A DNA stretch of 64,000 nt. Origin: Candidatus Latescibacterota bacterium (GTDB taxonomy: Bacteria > Latescibacterota > UBA2968 > UBA8231). The notes below the pieces were generated by a model. The model saw nothing but the letters and a program-made list of their open reading frames with translations. It was not told the DNA's origin and did not search any database. Of this stretch, positions 49,336 to 59,369 are shown piece by piece. Position 1 is the stretch's first letter. Each line of letters begins with the position of its first letter. The stretch is from NCBI GenBank assembly GCA_964291625.2, contig OZ220089.1, positions 3,936,001 through 4,000,000 of the forward strand. Direction: 5' to 3'. The translations under genes were made by a program, and so were the position numbers.

Positions 49336-50568
49336 ATGAAGCGGCTGCCCGCCTACCCGCTCTCGATCGGCATGTCGGCCGTCGACGGGCTCGCGGTCTC
49401 GACGGTGATCACCACCAGCCTCGTCTACCAGGTCGAGACGGTGGGCCTCAACCCCCTCCAGCTCATCCTGGTGGGGACCGCCCTCGAAGCGACCGTCTTC
49501 CTCTTCGAGATCCCCACCGGCGTCGTGGCCGATGTCTACAGCCGCCGCCTCTCCGTCGTCGTCGGCCTGGCCCTCACGGGGGCCGGCTTCCTGCTCGCGG
49601 GTTCGGTCCCCCTCTTCGGCGCCCTGGTCGCCGCATCGGTCGTGGGGGGCCTTGGCGCGACCTTCCTCAGCGGCGCCCGCACCGCGTGGCTGGCCGACGA
49701 GATCGGCGCCGAGCGGCTGCCCCAGGCGCTGATGCGGGGCTCGCAGGTTAGCCTCCTCGGCGGCCTGGCGGGGGCGGCCCTCTCCGTGGCGCTGGCGAGC
49801 GTGGACCGCAGCTGGCCCCTCGTCGCCGGGGGCGCCATCTTCCTCGGCCTGGCCCTGTTCTCGGCCCTGGCCATGACCGAGCGCGGCTTCCGGCCCCTGC
49901 CCGCCGACGAGCGCGAGACCTTCAAAACTATGGGCCGCACCCTGCTCCGGGCTTTGGGCGTGATCCGGCGGCGGCGGGTGCTGATCCTCATCGTCATGGC
50001 GCCCTTCCTCTTCGGCGCCTCGAGCGAGGTTCCGGACCGCCTGACCACGCCCTTCCTGCTGCAGACGATCACCATGCCGCACCTCGGCCCCCTGGACCCC
50101 GTGGCCTGGTTCGGCCTCAGCAGCTACGTGACGATGGCCCTGGGGTTCGCGCTGCTGGAGGTCGTCCGGCGGACGGTGAACACGTCCAGCGACCGCGCCG
50201 TCGCGGCGACGCTGGTGGTCCTGCAGGGCCTCTACGTCGCCAGCCTCGTGGCCTTCGGCCTGGCCACGGAGTTCGCCTTCGCCATGGCCATGTTCTGGGC
50301 CCGGGGCCCCCTGCGCCGCGCCAGCGGTCCGTTGCTCAGCGCCTGGCAGAACCGCTTCGTGCCCTCCCGCGTCCGGGCCACGGTCCTCTCCTTCGGAGGG
50401 CAGATGGACGCCGTGGGCCAGATGATCGGCGGCCCCCTGCTGGGCGCGGTCGCCCTCGGATGGTCGCTGCGGGCTGGCTTCGTGGCCGCGGCGGTGGTGC
50501 TGCTGCCCGTGGTGATCGCCTTCGCCGCGCTGGCGGGGGTGCGCAGGTCACCGGCGGAGGCGGGCTGA
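49336..50568 (+). CDS. MFS transporter (TetA(P)-like)
   Basis: LQLILVGT, FEIPTGVVADVYSRR, RATVLS. Confidence 0.85.
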   Translation: MKRLPAYPLSIGMSAVDGLAVSTVITTSLVYQVETVGLNPLQLILVGTALEATVFLFEIPTGVVADVYSRRLSVVVGLALTGAGFLLAGSVPLFGALVAASVVGGLGATFLSGARTAWLADEIGAERLPQALMRGSQVSLLGGLAGAALSVALASVDRSWPLVAGGAIFLGLALFSALAMTERGFRPLPADERETFKTMGRTLLRALGVIRRRRVLILIVMAPFLFGASSEVPDRLTTPFLLQTITMPHLGPLDPVAWFGLSSYVTMALGFALLEVVRRTVNTSSDRAVAATLVVLQGLYVASLVAFGLATEFAFAMAMFWARGPLRRASGPLLSAWQNRFVPSRVRATVLSFGGQMDAVGQMIGGPLLGAVALGWSLRAGFVAAAVVLLPVVIAFAALAGVRRSPAEAG

Positions 50569-50622
50569 AGGCGGTCCCGGAACCTGCTTGACTAAGTCTA
50601 TGATCTCCCCTCTCCTGAAGAC

Positions 50623-52152
50623 ATGGATTCCCGGATGCCACAAAGGATGCAGGCCGCGATCCTGGGCCGGCTGATCCTGGCCGCCCTCGCCCTGGCCGGC
50701 TGCGGCTCGGAGCCGGAGCGCCCCATCGGCCCCGACCCCGGCCCTGGCGACAGCACCGGTGTCGCCCTGGTCTTCGCGGACCCGGCGCTGCAGTCGGCAG
50801 TGGAGCAGGCCGCGGCCGAGAGCGGCGACGCGGCGGGGCTGGTCTCGCTGACGGCCAAGGAGCGGGGGATCGCCGATCTGGGCGGCATCGAGCAGCTCAC
50901 GGGTCTGGAGGTCCTGGACCTGTACGGCAACCAGATCCGGGACCTGTCGCCGCTGGCGGAGCTGACGCGGCTGCGTTACCTCGACCTGGGGAGCAACCGG
51001 GTCGAGGAGGTGTCGGCCCTGGAATCGCTGAAGGGCCTGCGGGTGCTGCTGCTGGCCGACAACGCCGTGACGGACGTGGCGGTGCTGGCCGGTCTGGACA
51101 GCCTGCAGAGCGTCGATCTGACCGGCAATCCTCTGAGCGCTTCGGCGGCCGAGGCCCAGGTGGCGGCGCTGCGGGAGCGCGGCGTCGACGTCGACTTCGG
51201 GGCGCCCGAGGAGCCCGGGGGCGGCGGGGTCGTCCTGGGGGACCTGCCCATCGTCTTCGCCTCGGGCCGGCGGACCGGGGACAGGGCGGTCCCCGAGGTC
51301 CATTCCCTGGACCCGCAGACCGGCGTGGTGGTGAACCTGTCCGAAGGCCTGGCCACGGCGCCCTTCTCCGATGGCTCGGAACCGGACACCACGGACTGGA
51401 GGTACCTCGACGGCCGGATCGTCCCGGTGAGGCGGGGCGACCAGCCGGCCCAGTCGCCCGACGGGCAGCGGATCGCCTTCACCTCGAATCGGGACTTCAA
51501 CCTGGAGATCTACGTGATGGATGCCGACGGCGGGGCCCCCAGGAACCTCACCCTCCACGAGGCCTGGGACGAGGATCCCGCCTGGTCGCCCGACGGGCAG
51601 CGGATCGCCTTCACGTCGGACCGCAACGGCGACGTCGAGGAGTTCGGGGGACGCTTCAACACCGACATCTTCGTCATGAACGCCGACGGCAGCGGCGTGG
51701 AGCAGGTGACCTCCGATCCCCTCAGCCGGAGCGCCAGCCAGCCGGCGTGGTCGCCGGACGGGTCGTCCATCGCTTTCGGCAGGGCCGGCGACGGGATCTT
51801 CGTGCTGGAGTTGTCCAGCGGCGAGGCCTGGAACCTCACGGACGCCGGGTGGGCCCCTTCCTGGTCTCCTGACGGCCGCTGGATCGCCTACATGAGGACC
51901 GTGGAATTCGAGGAGAGCCATGTATGGAGGATCCCCGCCGCCGGTGGAGAGCCCACCCAGCTGACTCTGGGCCGGTTCTTTCGCAGGAGCCCCACGTGGT
52001 CCCCCGACGGCGCCCGCATCGTCTTCGCGCGGGAGGACCGCGTGGAAGGGGTTGCCTACGACCTCTACGTCATCCCGGCGGAGGGGGGCCCCGGAGAGCC
52101 GATCACCGACGATCCGAACCGTGACACGGACCCCTGCTGGGCGCCTTTCTGA
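50623..52152 (+). CDS. LRR + TolB/PD40 lipoprotein (paralog 2)
   Basis: LALAGC lipobox, LRRs, WSPDG repeats; highly similar to paralogs 1 and 3. Confidence 0.85.
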   Translation: MDSRMPQRMQAAILGRLILAALALAGCGSEPERPIGPDPGPGDSTGVALVFADPALQSAVEQAAAESGDAAGLVSLTAKERGIADLGGIEQLTGLEVLDLYGNQIRDLSPLAELTRLRYLDLGSNRVEEVSALESLKGLRVLLLADNAVTDVAVLAGLDSLQSVDLTGNPLSASAAEAQVAALRERGVDVDFGAPEEPGGGGVVLGDLPIVFASGRRTGDRAVPEVHSLDPQTGVVVNLSEGLATAPFSDGSEPDTTDWRYLDGRIVPVRRGDQPAQSPDGQRIAFTSNRDFNLEIYVMDADGGAPRNLTLHEAWDEDPAWSPDGQRIAFTSDRNGDVEEFGGRFNTDIFVMNADGSGVEQVTSDPLSRSASQPAWSPDGSSIAFGRAGDGIFVLELSSGEAWNLTDAGWAPSWSPDGRWIAYMRTVEFEESHVWRIPAAGGEPTQLTLGRFFRRSPTWSPDGARIVFAREDRVEGVAYDLYVIPAEGGPGEPITDDPNRDTDPCWAPF

Positions 52153-52181
52153 GTCCCGGGTCGATTGAAGGGAGTTCCCCC

Positions 52182-53726
52182 ATGACCACGTCCAGGATCG
52201 CCCCCCTGCAGAGAACGCCCGCCGGGATCTTCGGCCGGCTGATCCTGTCCGCCCTGGCCCTGGCCGGCTGCGGCTCGGAGTCGGATCGCCCCATCGGCCC
52301 CGGGCCCGTCCCCGGGGATTCCACCGGTGTCGCCCTGGTCTTCGCGGACCCGGCGCTGCAGTCGGCGGTGGAGCAGGCCGCGGCCGAGAGCGGCGACGCC
52401 GCGGGGCTGGTGTCGCTGACGGCCAAGGAGCGGGGGATCGCCGATCTGGCCGGCATCGAGCAGCTCACGCGTCTGGAGGTCCTGGACCTGTACGGCAACG
52501 AGATCCGGGACCTGTCGCCGCTGGCGGAGCTGACGCGGCTGCGCTACCTCGACCTGGGGAGCAACCGGGTCGAGGGGTTGTCGGCCCTGGAGTCGCTGAA
52601 GGGCCTGCAGGTGCTGCTGCTGGCCGACAACGCGGTGACGGACGTGTCGGCCCTGGCCGGCCTCGACAGCCTGCAGAGCGTCGATCTGACCGGCAATCCG
52701 CTGAGCGCTTCGGCCGAGGCCCAGGTGGCGGCGCTGCGGGAGCGAGGCGTCGACGTCGACTTCGAGGCGCCCGAGGAGCCCGGGGGCGGCGGGGTCGTCC
52801 TGGGGGATCGGCCCATCGTCTTCACCTCGAGCCGGCGCACCGGCGAGGACTGGGATCTCGAGGTCCATTCGCTGGACCCGAAGACCGGCGTGGTGGTCAA
52901 CCTGTCGCAAGGCCTGGCCACGGCGCCCTTCTCCGATGGCTCGGTACCGGACACCACGTCGGACTGGAGGATCCTCCCGACCGGCCACATCGTCCTGGTG
53001 AGGTGGGGCGAGGATCCGGCCCAGTCCCCCGACGGGACGAGGATCGCCTTCACCTCGAGCCGGGACGGCGACCGGGAGATCTACGTGATGGACGCCGACG
53101 GCGGGGCTCCGGAGAACCTCACCTTCCACGAGGCCTGGGACGAGCAACCCGCCTGGTCGCCCGACGGGGAGCGGATCGCCTTCGTGTCGGACCGCAACGG
53201 CGAGGTCGAGGAGTTCGGGGGCCTGCGCTTCAACACCGACATCTTCGTGATGGACGCCGACGGCGGCATCGTGGAGCAGGTGACTTCCGATCCCCTAAGC
53301 CGGAGCGCCGACGAACCGGCCTGGTCGCCGGACGGGTCGTCCCTCGCTTTCAGAAAGACGGGCGCCGGGATCTTCGTGCTGGAGTTGTCCAGCGGCGAGA
53401 CGCGGAACCTCACGGACGACGGGTGGGCTCCTTCCTGGTCTCCCGACGGCCGCTGGATCGCCTTCATCCGGACCGTGGAACGCGAGGAGAGTCACGTCTG
53501 GAGGATCCCCGCGGCCGGTGGAGAGGCCACCCAGCTGACCCTGGACCGGTTCTTCCGGACGAGCCCCAGCTGGTCCCCCGACGGCACCCGCCTCGTCTTC
53601 GCGCGGGAGGATCGGGAAGGGGGCGGCGGCTACGACCTCTACCTCATCCCGGCGGAGGGCGGCGCCGGAGAGCCGATCACCGACGATCCGGGCGTGGACC
53701 GGGCCCCCTGCTGGGCGCCATTCTGA
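52182..53726 (+). CDS. LRR + TolB/PD40 lipoprotein (paralog 3, tandem duplicate)
   Basis: N-terminal LRR region nearly identical to 50623-52152. Confidence 0.85.
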   Translation: MTTSRIAPLQRTPAGIFGRLILSALALAGCGSESDRPIGPGPVPGDSTGVALVFADPALQSAVEQAAAESGDAAGLVSLTAKERGIADLAGIEQLTRLEVLDLYGNEIRDLSPLAELTRLRYLDLGSNRVEGLSALESLKGLQVLLLADNAVTDVSALAGLDSLQSVDLTGNPLSASAEAQVAALRERGVDVDFEAPEEPGGGGVVLGDRPIVFTSSRRTGEDWDLEVHSLDPKTGVVVNLSQGLATAPFSDGSVPDTTSDWRILPTGHIVLVRWGEDPAQSPDGTRIAFTSSRDGDREIYVMDADGGAPENLTFHEAWDEQPAWSPDGERIAFVSDRNGEVEEFGGLRFNTDIFVMDADGGIVEQVTSDPLSRSADEPAWSPDGSSLAFRKTGAGIFVLELSSGETRNLTDDGWAPSWSPDGRWIAFIRTVEREESHVWRIPAAGGEATQLTLDRFFRTSPSWSPDGTRLVFAREDREGGGGYDLYLIPAEGGAGEPITDDPGVDRAPCWAPF

Positions 53727-54570
53727 TCGTCTCCAAGGCGATCGTCTGTCCGCCCACCTCGAGCTTGCAGGCATACACCCCGGCGGCCAGGGCCCTGCCC
53801 TTCCCGCGGTCATCCCACACGAACCGATGGCTGCCGGCCGGCAGCGGTCCGTCCCACAGCTGCCGCACCCGGTGACCCACCGCGTTGTAGAGGGCCAGGT
53901 GGACCCGCTCCCCGTCGGCCAGGTCGAGCGGAATGACCAGGGGACGGCCAGGCCCCGGGCGAGGCTGCGCCGGCGTCGAATCATCCCGCGTCTGCCCGGC
54001 GGTCGCCGGCTTCGGCCCGGCCTCCGGGCAGGGGGTTGAGGAGCAGGTGCAATGCAGCCGGAAAACCTCGCCCTCGTCGTCCTCGTAGGTCGTGCAGTAC
54101 CGGTACGGCTCGGTGGAGTCGCGCTCCGCGCAGTCTTCGAAGTAACCGCACTCGATCACTTCGGTGAAATCCAGGCAGGGGACCGACTCCTGATCGTCAG
54201 CAGGGGCTGTCGTGTCGGCCTCCGCACAAGGGGTGGAGGAGTACCAGCACCCTCCCGTCCTGTAGAAGTTGCACTCCCAGTCCAGGCCATGGGTGCAGTA
54301 GCGGTACTTCCCGAGAGAATCCGCGGGCGCGCCCTCGAAGCAGGGGTTGGGGGTGGAGCTGGAGGCGCAGACGGTCCAGGTGCTCGGGCACCATACGACG
54401 GCTTCCGACGTGTCCGCCGCCGATTCCGCCGTGGTCTCGGCCCCGGACTCCGTCACGTGGAGCATCGCGAGCCCCGCCAGGAGACTTGCGATCCAGGTGG
54501 GCCCAGGCCTCTGCCGTGGTGCTGGAGCCAGGCCCCCGGGCGAATCGATGGACTGGCGCGATCCGTTCAT
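53677..54570 (-). CDS. Cys-rich secreted protein with C-terminal FlgD-Ig domain
   Basis: Hydrophobic signal-like segment; two YRYCT...SSTPC repeats; LALYNAVGHRVR...WDDRG...AGVY. Confidence 0.6.
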   Translation of the reverse strand: MNGSRQSIDSPGGLAPAPRQRPGPTWIASLLAGLAMLHVTESGAETTAESAADTSEAVVWCPSTWTVCASSSTPNPCFEGAPADSLGKYRYCTHGLDWECNFYRTGGCWYSSTPCAEADTTAPADDQESVPCLDFTEVIECGYFEDCAERDSTEPYRYCTTYEDDEGEVFRLHCTCSSTPCPEAGPKPATAGQTRDDSTPAQPRPGPGRPLVIPLDLADGERVHLALYNAVGHRVRQLWDGPLPAGSHRFVWDDRGKGRALAAGVYACKLEVGGQTIALETIRMAPSRGPGPRPDRR

Positions 54571-54738
54571 CTTCCTGTCTCCCCTGGCCAGGTGGGATGC
54601 CCGGCGGCTGCATCCGGGCGGCTGTCAAGGCAGACCTACCGCCAAGGGTAGACTTGGTCAAGGAGGAATCGGGATGGAGCGAGGGCCCGGGGCCGCACCG
54701 CCCTATCTTACCCGGCCACTGCCGAAGAGAGGAAGCCA

Positions 54739-55947
54739 ATGAACAGCCAGACGTCGGGCCGGCCGGTCTTCCGCAAGCCGCCGCCCGAGGGGGTCGTGGA
54801 GGTCCTTGGCATCGGCCGCGAGTGGAGCATCGCGGCCCTCGAGGACGGCTCCCTGCTGGCGGCGCGCAGGCAGCGCTGCCGCCTCTCCCGTGACGGGGGC
54901 GAGACCTGGTCGGAGGAGCAGGACCTGCCCGAGCCGGTCACCGCCTCGGGGCTGCTGCGCCTGAACTCCGGCGCCCTGGCCGCGTTCTCCGACCAGATGC
55001 TGTGGCTCTCCGGCGACGAGGGCCGCACCTGGGGCGAGGGGCGGGCGATCCCCATGCTCGGCAGCCCCTACTACGACACCTTGGTGCAGCTGTCGAGCGG
55101 CCGCCTCCTCTACCCCAACCGGGCGTGCTTCGCCAACCAGGGGCATCCCGACCTGCCGCTGGAGTACGTCCGCAGCTACGGCCTCTGGAAGGGGATGCGC
55201 CGCCAGGTGTCGGGGCACTACCACTGGCCCGAGATCGACATCGCCTCGGTGAGCATCTCCGACGACGAGGGGCAGACCTGGCGGATCTGCGAGGGCGAGC
55301 TGATGGGCTGGTTCGACGAGCACGGCGTGCCCAACGGCCAGGGCGGCGTCACCGCCTGCGACGAGCCGAGCGTGGCCGAGACCCGCGACGGGCGGGTGCT
55401 CTTCCTGGCGCGCTCCACGGTGGGCCGGCTGGTGTGCAGCTACAGCCGCGACGAAGGTTCCACGTGGTCGGCGGTGCGCCCCACCGAGCTGGCCGCCTCG
55501 TACTCGCCGCCGGCGCTGACGACGGTCCCGGAGACCGGCGACCTGCTCTGCGTCTGGAACCAGGTCTCCCGCGAGGAGATCCGCCGCGGCTACCGCCGGG
55601 GCCGGCTTTCGGCGGCGGTCTCCCGCGACTCGGGGGCGACCTGGCAGGGGTTCCGGACGATCGAGGTGAGCGCCGGCCTGGAGGACGTGGAGCGGGTCCC
55701 GGCGGAACACCCGGTGACGCCGGTGGTCGGCCTGCCCGACCTCGGCCAGCTCCCCGACGACTTCGCCGTCTTCCGCTACCCGAACGTGCGCGTCATCGGC
55801 GATCAGGTCTTCATCCTCTACGCCCGGGAGTGGTTCGAGCTGGCCGCCGGGGCGAGGTCGGGCTTCGAGGACGAGCGCGACGGCGGGGTGGTCCTGGGCC
55901 ACGAGAACGTGCTGCGCCGCTACCCGCTCGAACACTTCTACGAGTAA
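54739..55947 (+). CDS. Sialidase/BNR-repeat protein
   Basis: Asp-boxes SRDGGETW, SGDEGRTW, SDDEGQTW, SRDEGSTW, SRDSGATW; YP near C-terminus. Confidence 0.85.
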   Translation: MNSQTSGRPVFRKPPPEGVVEVLGIGREWSIAALEDGSLLAARRQRCRLSRDGGETWSEEQDLPEPVTASGLLRLNSGALAAFSDQMLWLSGDEGRTWGEGRAIPMLGSPYYDTLVQLSSGRLLYPNRACFANQGHPDLPLEYVRSYGLWKGMRRQVSGHYHWPEIDIASVSISDDEGQTWRICEGELMGWFDEHGVPNGQGGVTACDEPSVAETRDGRVLFLARSTVGRLVCSYSRDEGSTWSAVRPTELAASYSPPALTTVPETGDLLCVWNQVSREEIRRGYRRGRLSAAVSRDSGATWQGFRTIEVSAGLEDVERVPAEHPVTPVVGLPDLGQLPDDFAVFRYPNVRVIGDQVFILYAREWFELAAGARSGFEDERDGGVVLGHENVLRRYPLEHFYE

Positions 55948-55953
55948 GTCCCC

Positions 55954-57513
55954 ATGAACCTGAATCTGCCGAAGGTTGCCGTATCGGACCGCGTCAGCCT
56001 GTCGCGGCGGATCCCGGCCGGCGAGCGGACCACCATGGCGAGCCTGGAGGGCCCGGGCTGCATCCGCCGTCTGTGGGTGACCGACGGCCGCCGCGGCAAC
56101 GGCCGGCAGGTCGTCATCCGCATCTACTTCGACGACGAGCCCGTCCCCCACGTGGAGGCGCCTTTCGGCGACTTCTTCGGCGTGATGCACGGGCTCCCCT
56201 GGTACCCGATCAACACGCCCCACCTCTCGGCGCAGAACTACAGCGGCTACAACTGTTACTTCGACATGCCCTTCGCCCGGGCGGCGCGGATCGAGATGGA
56301 CCGTGGGGCCGGCGACACGCCGATCTTCCTCTTCGTCGACTGGCACCGCTTTCCCGGCCAGGAGCTGGAGGAGCCCCGCCGCTTCTGCGCGCGCTGGCGC
56401 AGGGAGGCGCCGGCCGAGAGCTACGGGCAGGACTTCCTGCTGTTGGACGCCGACGGGCCCGGCCGGCTGGTGGGGTTCGTCTACGGCGTGCGGCTCTACG
56501 ACGACACCGACCGCTGGAGCCACGGCGGGGCCGACAACATCTACATCGACGGCGATGGCGAGCACCCCGCCTGCCTGCGCGGGATCGGAGGGGAGGACAC
56601 CTTCGGCACGTCCTACGGCGGAGCCCTTCACACGCCCGAGACCCATCTCTACACGGGCATGCCGTACTACACCCACGCCGACGTGGGCCAGGCCCGTCCG
56701 GCGCAGCGGCTGGTGGGTTACCGGTTCTTCGACCGGGACACGATCGAGTTCCGCAAGTCGATCCACGTGCGCTTCGGTTCGATGGAGAACGACATCTGCG
56801 CCACCTCGTACTGGTACCAGGAGGGGCCGGTGCGGCCTTTCTTCGAGATGCCGGACTGGCCCCTGCTGCAGCCGGCCGAGCGCTTCGAGCCCCCCTGGGG
56901 GGAGCTGCCCCGGGGGACCTGCGACCTGCCGCTGCCCGACACCGGAAGCTGGTGGCTCTGCGGTCCCTTCTGGAACCGCGGGGACCGCGCCATGGAGGCC
57001 GATCTGCCCGCCGAGACGGAGCTCGACCCCGAGGCGGCCCTCGACGGCGGCCACGACGACGACTCCCCCTGGCTGACCGAGGGCTCCCGCGAGCTGGGGA
57101 GGGACGAGGCCCACTGGCAGATGCGGGAGGCCCTCCGCGGCTTCGTGGACTTCAACCACGTCTTCCGTCCCCACATTTTGGGGACACCGGGAAACAGCGG
57201 GGAAGCGGCGGCCGTCGCCAGATGTGTGCTGGAGGTGGAGGAGGAGACGCCGGCGAGCCTTCGCCTGGCATGGGATGACCGGCTCGTCCTGCGGCTGAAC
57301 GGAGGCGACCCGATCGACCTGGGGCACCACGACGCCTTCCGGTCGCGGACGGTCCCGGTCGATCTGGGGAAGGGCCGGAACATCATCGTGATGAAACTGA
57401 GCAACACCGTGGGGTCCAACTACGGCGGGTGGGCCTTCGCCTTCCGTGCCGGCTTGCCCGACGGCAGCGTGGTCTTGCCCCGGGCGGAACGAGCGAGAGA
57501 GGGAGCCGAATGA
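55954..57513 (+). CDS. DUF2961 (GH172-like) glycoside hydrolase
   Basis: GPGCIRRLW, PFGDFF, NCYFDMPF, GGEDTF, SYWYQ. Confidence 0.8.
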   Translation: MNLNLPKVAVSDRVSLSRRIPAGERTTMASLEGPGCIRRLWVTDGRRGNGRQVVIRIYFDDEPVPHVEAPFGDFFGVMHGLPWYPINTPHLSAQNYSGYNCYFDMPFARAARIEMDRGAGDTPIFLFVDWHRFPGQELEEPRRFCARWRREAPAESYGQDFLLLDADGPGRLVGFVYGVRLYDDTDRWSHGGADNIYIDGDGEHPACLRGIGGEDTFGTSYGGALHTPETHLYTGMPYYTHADVGQARPAQRLVGYRFFDRDTIEFRKSIHVRFGSMENDICATSYWYQEGPVRPFFEMPDWPLLQPAERFEPPWGELPRGTCDLPLPDTGSWWLCGPFWNRGDRAMEADLPAETELDPEAALDGGHDDDSPWLTEGSRELGRDEAHWQMREALRGFVDFNHVFRPHILGTPGNSGEAAAVARCVLEVEEETPASLRLAWDDRLVLRLNGGDPIDLGHHDAFRSRTVPVDLGKGRNIIVMKLSNTVGSNYGGWAFAFRAGLPDGSVVLPRAERAREGAE

Positions 57514-59204
57514 CGAGTGGGAGATTACCGACGGAGAGCCGGAACATCCGGTGGCCGGCGGACCTGGAGACGGATGAGTACGACGGCTGGTACATGGGAC
57601 GCGGCCGATCGGTGAAGAGGGCGGTGAAGGCGGCCATCGAGGGGGACCTGGAGACGATCCGAGCGTGCGTCGAGGCGGAGCCCGAGCTGGTGGACTGCAA
57701 CATCCGCTACCGCGAGCCCCTCTACTTCGCCGTGGGGAACGACCATCTCGAGGTCGCCCGCTTTCTGATCGAGAGCGGGGCGGAGATCACCTACAAGTCG
57801 GGGAACCGCTCTCACCAGCGGCCCATCGAGCGGGCGGAAGACCGCGGCTTCGCCGAGATGGCGGAGCTGCTGAAGAGCAGCCTGGAGAGACGATACGACG
57901 TGCTCTACCGGCCGGAAGGGGAGGAGCTCGCAGCGTTGATCCGGGAGCGCGACCTGGCCGCTGTCCTGGAGCACCTGGATCGGTCCCCGGAGTCGATGCG
58001 GGCCGTGGACGAGCGGGGCAACCAGCCGATCCACTGGGCCGTGCTGGTGAAGGACGTGCGCATCATCCGGGCCCTCGTGGAGAGGGGAGCAGACCTCGAA
58101 GCCCGACGGCCCGACGGGGCGCGGCCCATCGACCTGACCCCGGGCGACTACTTCCACCGGGGCCGCCACCGGGCCGACTTCCTCCGCGGAGTCCTCATCG
58201 GCCTGGGCGCCGAGTGTCCCGTCGAGCACGCCGCCGCCCTCGGGGACATCGGGCTGGTGAAGGAGTGCGTGGAAGCCGACCCCGCCTGCGCCGGCCGGGT
58301 GCCCGACTACTTCACCTGGTACACGAGTTCGTGCCTCGACAACGCCATCAGATCCGGCGACGCGGCCGTCGTCCGGTATCTGCTGGAGCACGGCGCCGAT
58401 CCCAACCTGCGCCAGCCCGGGCACGCCCCCCGTGGCAGCGCCCTGCTGGGCGCCGTGGCAAAGGGCGACATGGAGATCGTCGAGCTGGTCCTCGAGGCCG
58501 GCGGCGATCCCAACCAGGAGGTGGAGTCCTCCGGGAATGTCTGCGGCTGGGCGAAGGAGGATCCGCAGTTGCTGCGGAGGCTGGCGGATCGGGGCGGCAA
58601 GCTGGGCGATTACGATGACCTGAAGGGGGTCGGGCCGGAGGTCCTGAGGATCATGTTCGGCCAGCTGCCGCTGAAGTATTACGTCGCCAACGACGACGCG
58701 GAGGGGCTGAGGACGCGCCTGCGCGAAGACCCCGGGTCGGCGCGCGGGATCTTCCCGCAGACCATCGGCAACAAGCCGCTCATGGCGGTCTGCCTCGAGG
58801 CCGATGCCGCCCTGCTGCGGGACCTGTCAACCGACGTGGTGAGACGGCTGGCGAGAGACGAGAGCCTGAAGGACTACGGCGAGCCGGCCCTCGCCCAGTC
58901 GGACCTCTCGCGGCCCGACTGGATGGGCATCACCCAGCTCCACGACATCGCCGCCTTCGGAACGGTGCCGGAGGCCGAGCGCTTCCTCGCCCACGGCGCG
59001 CCCCTGGAGGTCCTCGACGAGGAGTACTCCAGCACGCCCCTGGGCTGGGCCGCGAGGGAGGGCCGCACCGAGATGGCCGCGTTCCTGCTGGAGAAGGGGG
59101 CCGATCCACAAGGCATGGGGACCTTCCCGTGGGCTGCGCCCCTGGAGTGGGCGCGGAGGCGGGGGCACGAGGAGACGGCGGCGGTCATCGAGCGGCGGCT
59201 GTGA
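57510..59204 (+). CDS. Ankyrin-repeat protein
   Basis: PLYFAV...LIESGA, GNQPIHWAV, LLEHGADPN, TPLGWAAREG; ATGA overlap. Confidence 0.9.
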   Translation: MTSGRLPTESRNIRWPADLETDEYDGWYMGRGRSVKRAVKAAIEGDLETIRACVEAEPELVDCNIRYREPLYFAVGNDHLEVARFLIESGAEITYKSGNRSHQRPIERAEDRGFAEMAELLKSSLERRYDVLYRPEGEELAALIRERDLAAVLEHLDRSPESMRAVDERGNQPIHWAVLVKDVRIIRALVERGADLEARRPDGARPIDLTPGDYFHRGRHRADFLRGVLIGLGAECPVEHAAALGDIGLVKECVEADPACAGRVPDYFTWYTSSCLDNAIRSGDAAVVRYLLEHGADPNLRQPGHAPRGSALLGAVAKGDMEIVELVLEAGGDPNQEVESSGNVCGWAKEDPQLLRRLADRGGKLGDYDDLKGVGPEVLRIMFGQLPLKYYVANDDAEGLRTRLREDPGSARGIFPQTIGNKPLMAVCLEADAALLRDLSTDVVRRLARDESLKDYGEPALAQSDLSRPDWMGITQLHDIAAFGTVPEAERFLAHGAPLEVLDEEYSSTPLGWAAREGRTEMAAFLLEKGADPQGMGTFPWAAPLEWARRRGHEETAAVIERRL

Positions 59205-59369
59205 CCGGAAGCCTCGAGCCGGCGGTACCTCTCCGGAGGCGCCGGCCCCGGTGCATGGACGCCGTCGCCGACCGGGACACGGTGCCGGCGAACAACCAAC
59301 CAGACCGGCGGATTCAGTGAAGCCGAAGCCCCCCGCCTTCCCGGCCGCCCTGGCCTGAGGACCACCGGG

